A stretch of 59,836 nt of DNA, the filler included, from Sphacelaria rigidula (taxonomy: Eukaryota): the NCBI GenBank assembly GCA_964200075.2. It is 9 parts of 9 records of this genome, joined end to end, with 100 filler letters (N's around TTAATTAATTAA, not from the genome) between each part and the next. Parts side by side here need not be neighbours in the genome. Positions count along the whole stretch, not along the records: positions 33,302 to 39,861 come from CAXNAA020019349.1; positions 39,962 to 46,520 come from CAXNAA020019350.1; positions 46,621 to 53,178 come from CAXNAA020019351.1; 6 more parts are not named here. One strand, 5' to 3'. A model generated the notes under the pieces. That model was not told the DNA's origin, did not search any database, and was given only the letters and a program-made list of their open reading frames with translations. Each line of letters opens with the position of its first letter. Positions within the stretch are counted from its first letter, which is position 1. Both the position numbers and the translations under genes were made by a program. Below are positions 36,325 through 48,285 of the stretch, one piece after another.

Positions 36325-36540
36325 TTAATACGGGGATTCTGCCACTTCGGAGGGCCCTAACGCCCGATTGTGCGGTGAAAGTACCGTTCACGTTATCTAG
36401 TGGGTGATCTCGTTAGGCGGTGTGTTACTATTTTTGTGCCGATCGAACGAATGCGGTCGAATCGAGGTGGTCGTTATATTTGACCGTATCTGATACGCCC
36501 ACCTCAGTTCTGTTTTTAGATGACTTCATGTCCATTTTAT

Positions 36541-37086
36541 CAAGATTGTGTTCTGTAAGGTACGGGTACGTTCTGTAGGGTATGAGATTGTGACAGAGCT
36601 TACAGAACTGCCGGGTACCGGTATGAAAGTTTTGCAGACTTTACAGAACTTGTCGGGTACCGGTATAGAATTCTTACAGACTTTGCAGAACTCGTCGGGT
36701 ATGGTGTGAGAGGGTTACAGAAACCCCGTACCGGCAGTCGGGTTACTCTTTTCGGGTATACCTGCCCCTCTGGTTCGGGTTAATGTTTGAAACAGAACTT
36801 ACAGAACTGTCGGGTACCGGTGTGAAAGTGTTACAGACTTTACAGAACTTGTCGGGTACGGTATGCGAGGCTTACAGAAACCCGGTACCGGTAATCGGGT
36901 ATCTCCTTTCGGGTATACCCGCCCCTCGGGTTCGGAAAAATGTATTGTACAGAACTTACAGAGATGGCATAACTGTCGGGTACCTGTATAAAACTCTTAT
37001 AGAAGTCACAGAACTGTCGGGTACGGTACATACCCGGAGAAATACCCCGGTACACAGAAAACCGTACCTTACAGAACACAACCTTG
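36541..37086. mobile_element. Non-autonomous TIR element (hAT/P-like) with TTACAGAAC arrays
   Basis: 25-bp TIRs CAAGATTGTGTTCTGTAAGGTACGG / CCGTACCTTACAGAACACAACCTTG (1 mismatch). 8-bp TSD CATTTTAT at 36533-36540 and 37087-37094. Confidence 0.92.
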
Positions 37087-38349
37087 CATTTTATAATTGG
37101 TTCCGCGCGACGGACAGGGTAAAAAACAGGGCGTGTGTTATCGCTCTTTTACTCGATCGCAAAGGTGCGGTCAATTTTTTTTCTGCCGATTTGATAGGTA
37201 GATCGCTGTTATGTATCGTGAATTTACGCTTCACCTCGAAATAAAATTTACGGGGCGCGGACAAGAATGATTAATATTAGATTTTCTGCTTTTTCGATCG
37301 AAAACATGGGGTCGAAAGGCACGAAGCGACACACTTGACTCCCATCTTGCAGGCCATCACGCTACATAACACCAGCTCACTGGACCGGCAAACTCCAGTA
37401 AAACTCATCCTCAGCTAGCACCGCTATCCTTAGGGTTATACATCACGACGGAGCACAGGGATAGATACACTGCAGTGATTGTGTATGCGTTGGTTATTCT
37501 AACTTCTCTCACGGTAGGCATCAGCGACGGAACGGTATGGTAGGGTGTGATTACCAGCTGGCTTGCACGCTTATGGCCAGTGCAGGCAGTACAGAGCCTC
37601 TTGTTTGGCAAGTCTTGCTCACGTCGCACTGTCAGAACATAGAACAAGATATCCTGCGCTGTCTGTACTGCACGTAGCGTCACCTTCATTTCCCACTTCA
37701 CGAAACACTTGCGCGCACACACAGACACCCTTCATGCAAGCAGCACAGACAGTACAGTACTGCAGACCTTCCGTGTGTAGAAAGAGGACCAAGTTCCGTT
37801 TCACGCACTTCACTGCCTCTTTTCGATCGAAAGCTTTAAGGCTTCCGAAATCTGCTTGGACCCAACGACACCAAACCGAGATTTCTTCGCTCGTTTGTAA
37901 TCCACCGCTCAAGGTTGTCGATCGACAAGAAAATGTGCTGAAATGCCGCTTGTTGTAACAGAGACGACACAAAAAAACCTGGGAAAGTGCTATTTTGGAG
38001 CTTCAATGTCGTTCGAAGCCCTTAGCGACAGCGAGACGGAGTTTGACACCATGGAATGGCTTGCTCTACACATCGAATCGGTTTGTGAACATTTTTCCGT
38101 CTCTCGGTGGTCGCGGTTCTTATTTTTGCCAAACAACATTTTTTGTCGTATTTTCGTCGTCAACAGTTCATCTTTGACCGAAATAATAACTGCGACCACC
38201 GACAAACGGGAAAACGTCCTCGAACCGCTTCGATGACCAGATCAAATCATTCCAAGGCGTCACCTTCACCTCCTAGCTTTCTGTTCAGGCGCAGATCGAT
38301 GCAAAAGCTCGGAAAAAGTACTCCTCGAAGTTCGTATTTTCGTTTACTA

Positions 38350-39099
38350 TAAGAAGCGGTCAACCGAGTGCGAATGCATCGAGGCGACTATCCGCAAGCG
38401 CCAACTGTGGTTCGCGGGAGCCCTTGTGCGGCAGAAGAAAACACGCTTCCCTAGACGCCTCATGAACGTACGGTTAACCGCACGAGGGCCCAAGGAGGCT
38501 GGTCGCCCCCCCAAGCAATGGGAAGACAGCCTTCAGGAGAACCTACGTGCACTAGGGGCTGTACCACGGAAAGGAGCACGACGCAAATGGTTCGTCTACG
38601 GTGTAGAGGTCAACGATGCCTACGATTGGGTCACAGCGGCGCAGAATATGGGTAAATGGCATGTTGGAGTCGAAAAAGGAGCACAAGAGCTTGAGGATGC
38701 GTGGCGACGCGCGGACAAACTAGAATCTGACCGCCGTCATAGACGAGAGGCAGCCGCCTCGAAGGCCGCCAATCGAAGGATTTTACCTGCCCGTATCGGG
38801 TGTTGATTGTGTCCGTGGCGGTGGCCCTACGATGCCTCTCCGGTGTGCGTCTGTATTTCCTCTATCCGGATGCCCTTGTTTTGTTTTCATTTTTATTTTT
38901 GCCTCTCCTCCTCTTGTTTGTCACGTCTTAGCCCACTAGGGCGTTTCGCTCGACTTTTTGGTTTACCTTTTTTTTTATTCTTCGCGAGTATTTTTTTCGG
39001 TCTCGTTTTTTCATTGGATATGTGTGTCATGTGACCACGGCTGGATCCCTGGGGGTCAGTTAACGTGCGAGAATCAATCAATCAATCAATCAATCAATC
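38350..39099 (+). mobile_element. 5'-truncated RTE-like LINE: ORF C-terminus, 3' UTR and (ATCA)n tail
   Basis: IEATIRKRQLWFAGALVRQ..TRFPRRLM...GRPPKQWEDSL resembles the post-RT region of RTE-clade LINEs; stop at 38806; about 7 AATC units ending at 39099. Confidence 0.82.
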
Positions 39100-39567
39100 A
39101 TGTAATGATAATGCTAATAAGACACGCCCGCAAAAGAGCTTAGCAGTTTTGATCGAATCGAGCGGCGGAATAAATAGAAGGGGCGCATGACTGAAACATT
39201 GCAGACAGCAAACGCACACATTTGTGAACCGTTGCGGCCAGGTATACCACCTACCTTTCAAAGAATTATGCAGAGCCGATCAACATGGTTCACTGGCAAC
39301 TACCACCACAACCCTGCAGCGTAGATCACGAGCTAAGCATATAGAGGGAAATGTACCAATTAAGATACAGAGCCAATTAAGATACAAGTTTTTTTAATCG
39401 TTCATATCTCCGCGAAGTATTAACCGTTTTCCGTTCTGTTTTTTTCTGCGTGTGCACAAGAGCACGGCGCTTTGTTTGAGCTTTTGTATGTATCTAAAGC
39501 ATCCGATTACGTAGTCTTACAGCACTGCGAGTAAGCGCGTATGTGTCATCCTCCAAAATCAGCTTTT

Positions 39568-39798
39568 GACACTTTCTACGATAACCCCCCCCAAAAAAGT
39601 GCAAGGTTTTGGGAGGCAAAATCTTCACGTAAATCGAAACGGGAAGAGCCGAGCACACCGAGAAGCTGGGAATTCCCACGCTTGGGTTCGTTCTGGCCAA
39701 TGTCGCCAATATAAGGCGCTTCATGCAGCCTGAAGCCGAATATCAGGCGCTGCATGGCCATTTTTTTCGTGACACTTTAAGCTGGTTTGGGGGGGGGC
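39568..39798 (+). mobile_element. Copy of the 248-bp GACACTTTCTACGATA MITE, right end replaced by another repeat
   Basis: Highly similar to 56318-56565 along its length; at the G-run it switches to the TACTCAT...GCATCCCT repeat. Confidence 0.85.
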
Positions 39799-39861
39799 GT
39801 ACTCATTTGTTGCTTGCCTTAGTCATTTGACCATTGACCACGCATCCCTTTCGAGACGGAG

Positions 39862-39961
39862 NNNNNNNNNNNNNNNNNNNNNNNNNNNNNNNNNNNNNNN
39901 NNNNNTTAATTAATTAANNNNNNNNNNNNNNNNNNNNNNNNNNNNNNNNNNNNNNNNNNNN
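39862..39961. other. Artificial contig spacer
   Basis: N44-TTAATTAATTAA-N44. Confidence 0.99.
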
Positions 39962-40405
39962 GGAGTGAGGTGGGGTGACGCTCACGATCCGTCGTCACAG
40001 GGAAACGTTGTCGTCTCATGTTCATTGATCTAGCTCCATATAATTTCGCTTGTCAGACTCTTTACGGACGTTCTGTCGGCGGAGCTTTCGCGACGACGCA
40101 TTTGCGCGGTACTGCCTGTAGTGAGCGCAGGCAAGGTTAGGTCACGTCCAAAACCTGCTAGCTGCTCCCGTTTTGTATCATTCTAGTCCGAAGTACATAC
40201 TCCGTACCCGCGGTCGAAAGCCCTGTTGTGTAGAATGTTTCACGAAATGTTTTGCACAACCCACTGTGACAAAATCTACGCCAAACAAAATTTCACGTGG
40301 GCCTGTCACACGAAACGAAGAAAGGAACCTCGTGTGTGCTCAGAGCAGCTGCAAAATCGCTACAGTAGTCATAAAATCCGCCAATGTTGCCCATAGGGCA
40401 CCTCA

Positions 40406-40736
40406 CACACGCGGCCATTTGGCTACCCCCTATATTCCTCCGGAGGGATGCGTGGCCCTCCAGAGGCAAAACAAGCCTCCGGAGGCTTTCAATTCCTCTG
40501 GAGGAAACAAACCTCTACCGACCTGGAGGGCCGCGCACCCCTCCGGAGGAATTTGGGGCATGCGCGGCCCTCCAGAGGAAAAAACAAGCCTCCGGAGGAA
40601 TTAAAGCCATCTGGAGGAAATAAAAAAATCTCCTCTGGAGCGCCGCGCACACCTTCGGGAGCGTTTGATTCCTCTGGAGGCTCGAAAAGTTGACCGACCT
40701 GGAGTAATTTTGGGGGAAGCCAAATGGCCGCGTGTG
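40406..40736. mobile_element. 331-bp TIR element packed with CCTC(C/T)(G/A)GAGG palindromes (possibly CMC/EnSpm-like)
   Basis: 25-bp TIRs CACACGCGGCCATTTGGCTACCCCC / GGGGGAAGCCAAATGGCCGCGTGTG; CA on both flanks (possible 2-bp TSD). Confidence 0.78.
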
Positions 40737-40830
40737 CATGCTGTATGAAAAAAGCTGGAGTGCCCCGCAATATTGTTTTTCCGTGACAGTTTTGGGGGCT
40801 GATATGGGGGCTGCCTGTCGCAGAATGACC

Positions 40831-41300
40831 GTGTGGGTTGTCATCTCCTCTATTCTGGACGCCAGTCTATACCTTCTGATATATGTGGGCGCACCAGCCG
40901 GGGTAACACAGGAGGAAGACCAAAACAGGACTTGTTGTCCTTTTTCATTTGTTCGAGTTCTCGAGCAATGCTACGGTAGGGGTGCACTTCTTTCGCGAAA
41001 TCTTGTTTGAGGCCCTTCCTCGCTGTGTTATTGGACCGGTGACATGTCTCATGAGTCGCATATGCTTGGTCGTAGAGTATCGCACACACCTCCAATCCAG
41101 CCCGTTTTAGGCCTACAGTTTTTTTGGGGGGGTTATCGCGGCATCACTGTAGTCTCCATCCGGTACCCCTACCCAGAAACATTTTGTGCACCCCTACCGT
41201 AGCATTATCTTCTCCACCTTCGTTCTGTGATGCTTGCCTTATTTTTTTCGTCGGGAGAGGGTTCAGCACTCCCTTTCCCTCGTCGACCATGAACTCGTTT
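40831..41300 (-). mobile_element. Diverged SINE body, interrupted by about 270 bp
   Basis: CTATTCTG.ACGCC.GTCTA...ATATGTGGGCGCACCAGCC.GGGT.ACACAGGAGGA (40848-40920) and TGCTTGCCTT...GGGTTCAGCA...TCGACCAT (41210-41295) match the SINE at 13837-14214. Confidence 0.75.
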
Positions 41301-42349
41301 TTTCTTTCATGCCTCATGTACGGCATATCATAATTCGAATTCAAATGGATTCAACCATTTTCATTCGTTTTCCTCGTGAACTTCGGTCACTTTTTCCGCA
41401 TCCATGGTGTGATATTTGGAAAAACGTAGCTAGTGAAGCCCGCAATTTTCATGTGTGCAAAGCCGGTCGACTGAAAGAAAACGGCCGTCGACCGGGCCGG
41501 GTCGTGCAGCGATTTTAAGCCGGGCTTGCAATGCACGTGGACCAAGGTCACCGATGGTGTAGTAGACGTAACCAAAAATCATATACCATTGTTCCTATAA
41601 CATCCGTACGTCCTTGAAGCACATATACTGACCGTACGAAACACCCGGACACCAAATTGCAATGTACCGGCACAATACGGTAGCATTGACCATTTCAAGT
41701 GTAAACGTCGAGAAGCATCTTCGTGCGATCTGGCTACTTTTTTCGTCTTTTTTTGCCAGACAGGTTTGAGGCGTACATGTTCCATATTAGAGAGCGCTTC
41801 GAAGTAAAATACAGGGGTAGTGCAGGAAGACGGGGTGCTTGAGTACCGATGCAGCAGGTTAAGCTACAATATTGAACACAAGACTGCTGTGCTGCTGCTG
41901 TGGGCTTGCGTATGCGTGCTCGTGTGCTCTATATTGTCACACGACAATATTGAGCCGATTTTTGGCTTGTCTGCTCTTGAGATTCTACCGAAAAGAATCA
42001 AGAAATCAAGTTTGTTGATTTAATTGACGTGTTGTTGATTAGTCGATTGATTCAACTAAACATGATTAAATCAAGCCGATGTGGAAGAAAAATCAAGTAT
42101 CAAATCAACCCCTAAAAACAGTTGATATACAACCCTACATGACAGCCAAGTGACAACTGTTTCGTTCTTTTCTCCATCGACCGGAACAATAATGCAAATC
42201 CGGTTATGCATAATCGGGTTCGTACTGGTTGCAATCCGGCTGGCTAAAAGTTGCATATTGTGAAAATTCGCCCCGATCAACAACCCTCAGATCCCGCTAC
42301 GCTGGGATCCCCCACTATGCTCCTCTTGTGAAAATGTAATACTACTAGT

Positions 42350-42450
42350 TCTCGAAGTATGAACTTTATCCCGGTACTCGTCAGTTCTGTGAGATTTGTG
42401 AAGACTCTGATACCCTACCGAACACACTCTAACCCTACGAAAAAAACAGC
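42350..42450 (-). mobile_element. Fragment related to the 36541-37086 element
   Basis: Reverse complement AGGGTATCAGAG...CACAGAACTGACGAGTACCGGGATAAAGTT resembles AGGGTATGAGA...TACAGAACTGCCGGGTACCGGTATGAAAGTT. Confidence 0.55.
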
Positions 42451-43339
42451 GTTATTGAAAGGGCTGTTAACAATCAGCTCTGTTCAGTTCGGTCGATCCT
42501 GGCCGCGCCAGTTGCCAGTACATCGATTTTTTTTTCCAGTTAATCGCCCCTCCCGGCTGGTGGGGGGTGCCGCGCAGGATCGCCCCTCCAGGCAGAAGAG
42601 TTACGGTGTTTGACCTATTTCCCCTGCAAATATCGTAAATAGTTATGAAAAATACAGAACAACTAGATACCAACGAAGTTTGTGGTACCTGTGCTGCTGT
42701 AGACCGCAGACTTCAATCGTACAGTCTGATCATGTGAAGTTTTCCTTTGTTACAAACTCCACATAATAAAACTGTTGAAAAAATACCTGGTAACGACAAG
42801 CGGCACAACACCTCCAGATGAACTAGACAACTGGCGCTGTCGTAGCCATTTCCAGTTTAACTCCAGTTACAAAAAGATATACAGTATTGTATTAACTGGT
42901 CCAGTTCCCAGTCCATTTAATGCAGCTGTTCGGTGTACTTTCCGGCCGAAGTTGACATCACCCATTTTCAGCCCACAATTCAACACACATGGGGAACGGG
43001 GCGCCAGAAGAAGACTCTCACCTCCTTTGTGTTAACGCAGTACAACACACTCCTTCAAGCTGTACTTACTTGTACAGGAAACCGCAGTTACCAACAAGCC
43101 GGTGGTTTTCCCACTGGAAGTTCATCGAGGAGTAACCTGATCACCGAAAGCAGCCTACTATCCCACTTCCTTTCTTTTCCACCTACTCGACATCGTTGCT
43201 TTCACTACCCGTTCGTCACGCATTCGCTCACAGTACAACTATGTCTCCTTCCGTACTTTCCTCGCTAAACGTTTCGCAACCGTCCCTTCGTCCCTCAACC
43301 GTCCCTTCGTCCTTCCCCCGAATCGTTCAACATCGGCAG

Positions 43340-43720
43340 GTGCTTCGTGTGCACTACCCACGCGTCTGTTTCCCAGGGAACGAGTCCAGTGCCGAAGGGC
43401 GCCAGGAAACAGGTCCCCTCCCTCTGCCTTGCGTGTGGCGCGGACATCGGGGTCAGCACTCCATACCACCGAGCTCCTGTCGGATTTCCAACGGCATTTG
43501 TTGCAGGAAAAAGAGGCGTTTGCCTCGAGAAACGACAACTCCACACCTCGGGAAGTACCGCGAGTCGATACTTATTCCCCCTCCCCTCCCGGAGGCGACC
43601 CCGTGACGCCACGAAGCAAAACCGACCCTCCACCCGAGAAGAAGAAACCCAATCCTACCTGACAGGGTACCCGACCCACGGCTACCAGAAGCGGAGCCGG
43701 AAACTGAACCACCGTTTACG
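43340..43720 (+). CDS. Possible isolated exon with CxxC pairs, function unknown
   Basis: Pyrimidine tract and GGCAG acceptor, GTAAGT donor at 43721, open frame with CFVC...CLAC. No partner exons identified. Confidence 0.28.
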
Positions 43721-46520
43721 GTAAGTACCACAACTACACATTCCTTTTCCCCGTTCAACTCCCTCTGCACCATGTATTGTCCCATTTTCATCCTGACCTC
43801 TCCCACCTTCAATGCTTACTGTCATGGGTGGCGGCCCTTTTTTTGCTTTCAACATGCCTCAGTGCAATCTCCAGCCTGCACGCTTGTTCACGTCTCCACG
43901 TTCCTTCACTTTGCCCCTTGCCCGCCTTCTTTCTGCCGTGATGCGTTCCAAAACCAGATGCCTACACTCGGAACGTGACGGACTTCGTCACATCCGACGT
44001 CATCCATGTCAGCATCCGGCAGAATCTGTGACTTTTCAGCGACATTGTTTCTTCTCATTTTGAGCTTCGGTACTTTCGGCTTTGTGTCGTCTTCTGTACA
44101 GTAACGTGGTCAAATCAACTTCTTCCCGGTGCCTTTTGGGGGCCAAGATTAGGGGGGATCGGGAGTGTCCTGAGTCCTTAATGGCCTAAATTTCAAATTA
44201 TTCCCTATACGTTGCGAATTTTCTGCTTCTAGGGCAAGAAGATATGAGTTTCTCGAACTTGGATTAGCTCTGGGTAGTTACACTGAACTCATAATAGGGT
44301 GATCAACTCACTTGATATTCATGTTGAGCCGAGTCAGTTGCTTCGGTGGTGAAGCTATTTCCTCATTTTCTTGAACCTGGGATCTTTTCTAATACTACTA
44401 GGTCTATTACCGGATGGTTCTCGCTGCCTGCATCATGTCGATTCCTGCGTTTGCTGTTTTTACACGTATATGCAGCAGTAGGTGGTAATTTGGTCGTCTA
44501 GATCGCACGTCGGTAATTTGTCAGCTTGTAGTGTGTTGCTTGTAGTTCGATCGGTTTTTGCGGACTCGTTCTTTTCGTGTACTATACCGTTTTGGCTCCT
44601 TGCACCCTGTGACCACGGGTCGGAGAGAAAGAACTAATGCTCTCAAGGAATGGACCTAATGTGACGTAAGCTCTAGAAACAGAAGATGACAATACCCCGC
44701 CGGTGGGAGTTGAGGTGCAACGTGCCCGTGCCGTGCCGTGCCGTTCCCGCCTTTGCGTATAAAAAAAAGAATCCTCAAAGGACGAGCACGGCGCCTAAAC
44801 TAGTCGCGGTGCTATCAACAATTTAGCGAAGCCACTCCACGGCCCGGGTGGAGCGGGGATATTTCAAACAACTGCGCCCTGGAAAGTAACGTTTGGCATG
44901 TTACTCGGGGCAGGTGACATGCACATATTTGATTTTTGCCGAGTATCCGTCGATATGGAGTCCTTGTAATGATGCTTTCATTGATGGTGACATTCATGTA
45001 TCGATATTATCCGACATGTCTGTCCCTCGAGTATCTTTCGTAGGGGAAGTGATGGATTGCTCGATTTCCGCATATCAACTGATCGACGACAGATCCAGCG
45101 TTGGTCAACAGAGGGGCGTATATCCAAGGTGAACAAATCGAAAACACTTCAGACAACTGGACCCCCGAAGCGTCACGCACTCCACTCTGTTCAGGCCGCG
45201 ACTCAGTGCTGTCGTCCCGGACGCACAGCTACTGTGCCGCCTATGGGGTTGACTCAACTCATGTCCGTTCCGAAACAAAACTTCTGTGAAAATCGTGACT
45301 GCTGCTACTCCAAGATTCAAGGGTGCCCCCACCACGACTGCTCAAGTACAATTTGCGCCGTACGGAGAAACCTGAGGCTCAAGACCTACAGAACTGGACG
45401 GTCTAACCCTTCAGGGATTTTTTTGGGTTTTCCTCGCGTACTACGTTTCGGTAGGACTCGACGTCGATAGCGTCAGTAGATTTCGATACAAGACCTTTAC
45501 AGCTATGTGCCTTATATGCACCCCCGGTCCCTTTCGCTGTAGAGTAGACGTTTTGATTTGTGACGAGATAATGATTTTGAACCCAAATCCTGGATAGTCT
45601 TGCTCAGTCTTCCAGCGAGGGATCGGACCTTCTTCCCCACACGATCGTTGCAGTGACATCACACTCGGCAATGGTAGTCCCCGCGCTGGTCGTTCGGGTC
45701 TGGTCGATAAATCTCGCCTCGCCGTGATTGGGCAGGCCGCTCCCTCACTTATTTTTTATTATATATTAGTCTAAGGGTCAACTCATGGGTCTGTATGCAG
45801 GACCTTGCTTTATTTGTGGGGGTATTTGGGAAACATCGCTCGGAATGAAACATGTAGAACAGTATTCAGGGGTATCGTGGTACATATTTCCCTGTTCAAA
45901 ATCGAAATTTCCTTGTTTGACCGGGTTATACCCGTTACAATGCCCGACTGCTTTTCAAGAAAACCATCCGTTATTGTCAGGACTTCCCTTGGGCGCTAAT
46001 TCTAACCCCCGTAGTAGTCACAAATCATATCTGAGGGAGAGGGTGCCGACACTTTCCGTCGCTAGTTCAGACCCCCTTTGAGACCGAGAGGAGGGATATT
46101 ATAACTATAGCTGATGCGGGTTCTAAATTCCAATTCTTTGGATTGATTGTCGTCTCAGGCAATTCCAGATTCGGCATTGGATTTCTGTGACAGAAAACTG
46201 TCTCGCTTTTCTCGGAATACTTTTAGAAAACAGGTAGAACGTTTCAAAGAACGAGCAGAACTTTAAAAAAAACAAGGACAACTTTTGGAAAAACCGCCCA
46301 AAACGTGACCCCCACTATATGGAGTACAGGATACTACACTGAACACTAAACAATTCTGCTTGTATCGCGTTTTGTGAGATTTTGAATCTGGGTCTGTTTT
46401 GTTTTTTATGGCTTTTTTGCTAGCCTGTGACCACGGAAGGCGTCCGCATCAGATGCCCAGTCAAATGTACCGCGCAGATATCGGAACGGTTTTTAATGTG
46501 AAGACAACAACAACAACAAC

Positions 46521-46620
46521 NNNNNNNNNNNNNNNNNNNNNNNNNNNNNNNNNNNNNNNNNNNNTTAATTAATTAANNNNNNNNNNNNNNNNNNNNNNNN
46601 NNNNNNNNNNNNNNNNNNNN
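46521..46620. other. Artificial contig spacer
   Basis: N44-TTAATTAATTAA-N44. Confidence 0.99.
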
Positions 46621-46748
46621 CTTTCCCCCCCCGCCCGCTTCCCCGTCCGGCCCCCCTCTTTGGAAAAAACTTTATCTCCCCGCGCCTGCTTCCCCCCCCC
46701 CCCCCCCCCCCGCCCCTCCCACCTCTTTTGCCTTCCACTTACCGACAG

Positions 46749-46973
46749 GTGTAAGAGCGCCGGGTGCCCCAAGCACGCCATGTACGGTCGGCCGGGCGAG
46801 ATGCCCCAGTACTGTTCGGCGCACAAGGCGGAAGACATGGTGGACGTGAAGAAGCGCAGGCGCTGTAACGCCGACGGCTGTGACCGCCGGGCGAGCTACG
46901 CGTTGGAGGGGGAGAAGGCAGCCTTTTGCTCTGCCCACAAACAGCCGGGTCACGTGAACGTCAACAACCGAAG
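46749..46973 (+). CDS. EsV-1-7 cysteine-rich repeat protein, penultimate coding exon (2 repeats)
   Basis: CKSAGCPKHAMYGRPGEMPQYCSAHK and CNADGCDRRASYALEGEKAAFCSAHK (C-x4-C-x15-C-x2-H). CAG acceptor, AG/GTGGG donor, phase 2 at both ends. Confidence 0.9.
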
Positions 46974-47112
46974 GTGGGCGTGTAAGCAGCCTGGAGAAAT
47001 ATATGCGTTGGTTGTCCTTCTGCACACCGTTGCGATGCTCTTCATGCAACAGTCGACGACAGTATTTTTATTACCGAGAGCATAGACTTGAGCAGGCCGA
47101 GGAATCAATACA

Positions 47113-47137
47113 TGTGTGTGTGTGTGTGTGTGTGTGT
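47113..47137. repeat. (TG)n microsatellite in intron
   Basis: Direct reading. Confidence 0.95.
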
Positions 47138-47498
47138 ATGTTTTCTTGAGTGAGAGAGCGAGCGTATCGCTGGGGTGGTTTTCCGGTATATGGTAGAGCC
47201 GTGTCGTCGAAAATTGAAAACATTGAAAAGTTGTCTGCGCAAGAGTCGGATATGTTCTTGTCCTCGACAACTTTTGCTCGAGCAGTAACTGCAAATGTTT
47301 GACGTCCCCCGTTTTTTCGTTTGTCTGGCATCGCGATGCTGCATCATTCTAACGCGATCGCGGACCATTTCACGTGCACATCAGATGAGGAAACGAAAAC
47401 CAAACCAATGTTTCCTGGGATTTCACCTAGGCAGCCCCGTCCCCATCGCTTGCATTACTTGCCTCTGTTTCCTCAATTCCATGATGTCTCTACATCAG

Positions 47499-48247
47499 GT
47501 GCGAGTATCACGGTTGCTCCCGCCGCCCAGTGTTCTCCAAGCAGGGTGAGAAGCCACGGTTCTGCGTTGCCCACAAACTGGAGGGTATGACAGACAGCAG
47601 AATGAACGCGGCGAGTGCGGGTGCACGTGCTCGAGCCCTCGGACGCCAGACACAAGCCACAACTACCTCAGCGGTCACCCGAGGCAGTGGGCAGGAAAAC
47701 TTTGGTAGCCCCACCGGCGGCAACGGCGGTTACCACCACTTGACCTACTCTGGGGGTCGTCCCGGTACCCGCAATAGCGACTCTCCGATGTTTACGGGAG
47801 CGATGGGGCACTCTATGAGCAGGGCGACGACTAGGCAAGCGGCAGCACATGCGACTGCCAGCGCCGCGGCGGCCGTAATCGCGGCGATGGAAGATGAAGA
47901 ACGCTTGGACTACCGCAGCGGTGGGGGTCACCAGCAGCAGCACCACCACGGCAGCAACAGCGCTGTGGGTTACAGCTACCATCCTAGCGAATCTACCAGG
48001 CGCGGTGGTGGAGGAAGCGGCAGCGGCGGTCGAAACGGCGCCGGTCACGTTAGTCTCAACGGTTCTGGTGGCGGCGGCAGTCATGGAGGGTACCGCGAGA
48101 CCGATTCCTCGGAAGGGCTGTATGACTACGGCAGTGGTATGGGAACTAGATCTGCTAAAGCAGATCCAGTTGGAGGCTGGACGTCAGCCCTATTCGCGGC
48201 CGACCGGGACGGTGGCAGCGGTTCGTGGGCGGCGGCGATCGCGGCGC

Positions 48248-48285
<38 letters not shown>

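Noticed and set aside
37411..38236. Cys-rich minus-strand ORFs
   Set aside because: Fragmented, with no consistent metal-binding spacing; cannot be assigned.
44800..45720. Possible chromodomain-like LTR-element remnant on the minus strand (PRWKTEQD)
   Set aside because: A single short motif with no supporting pol domains.
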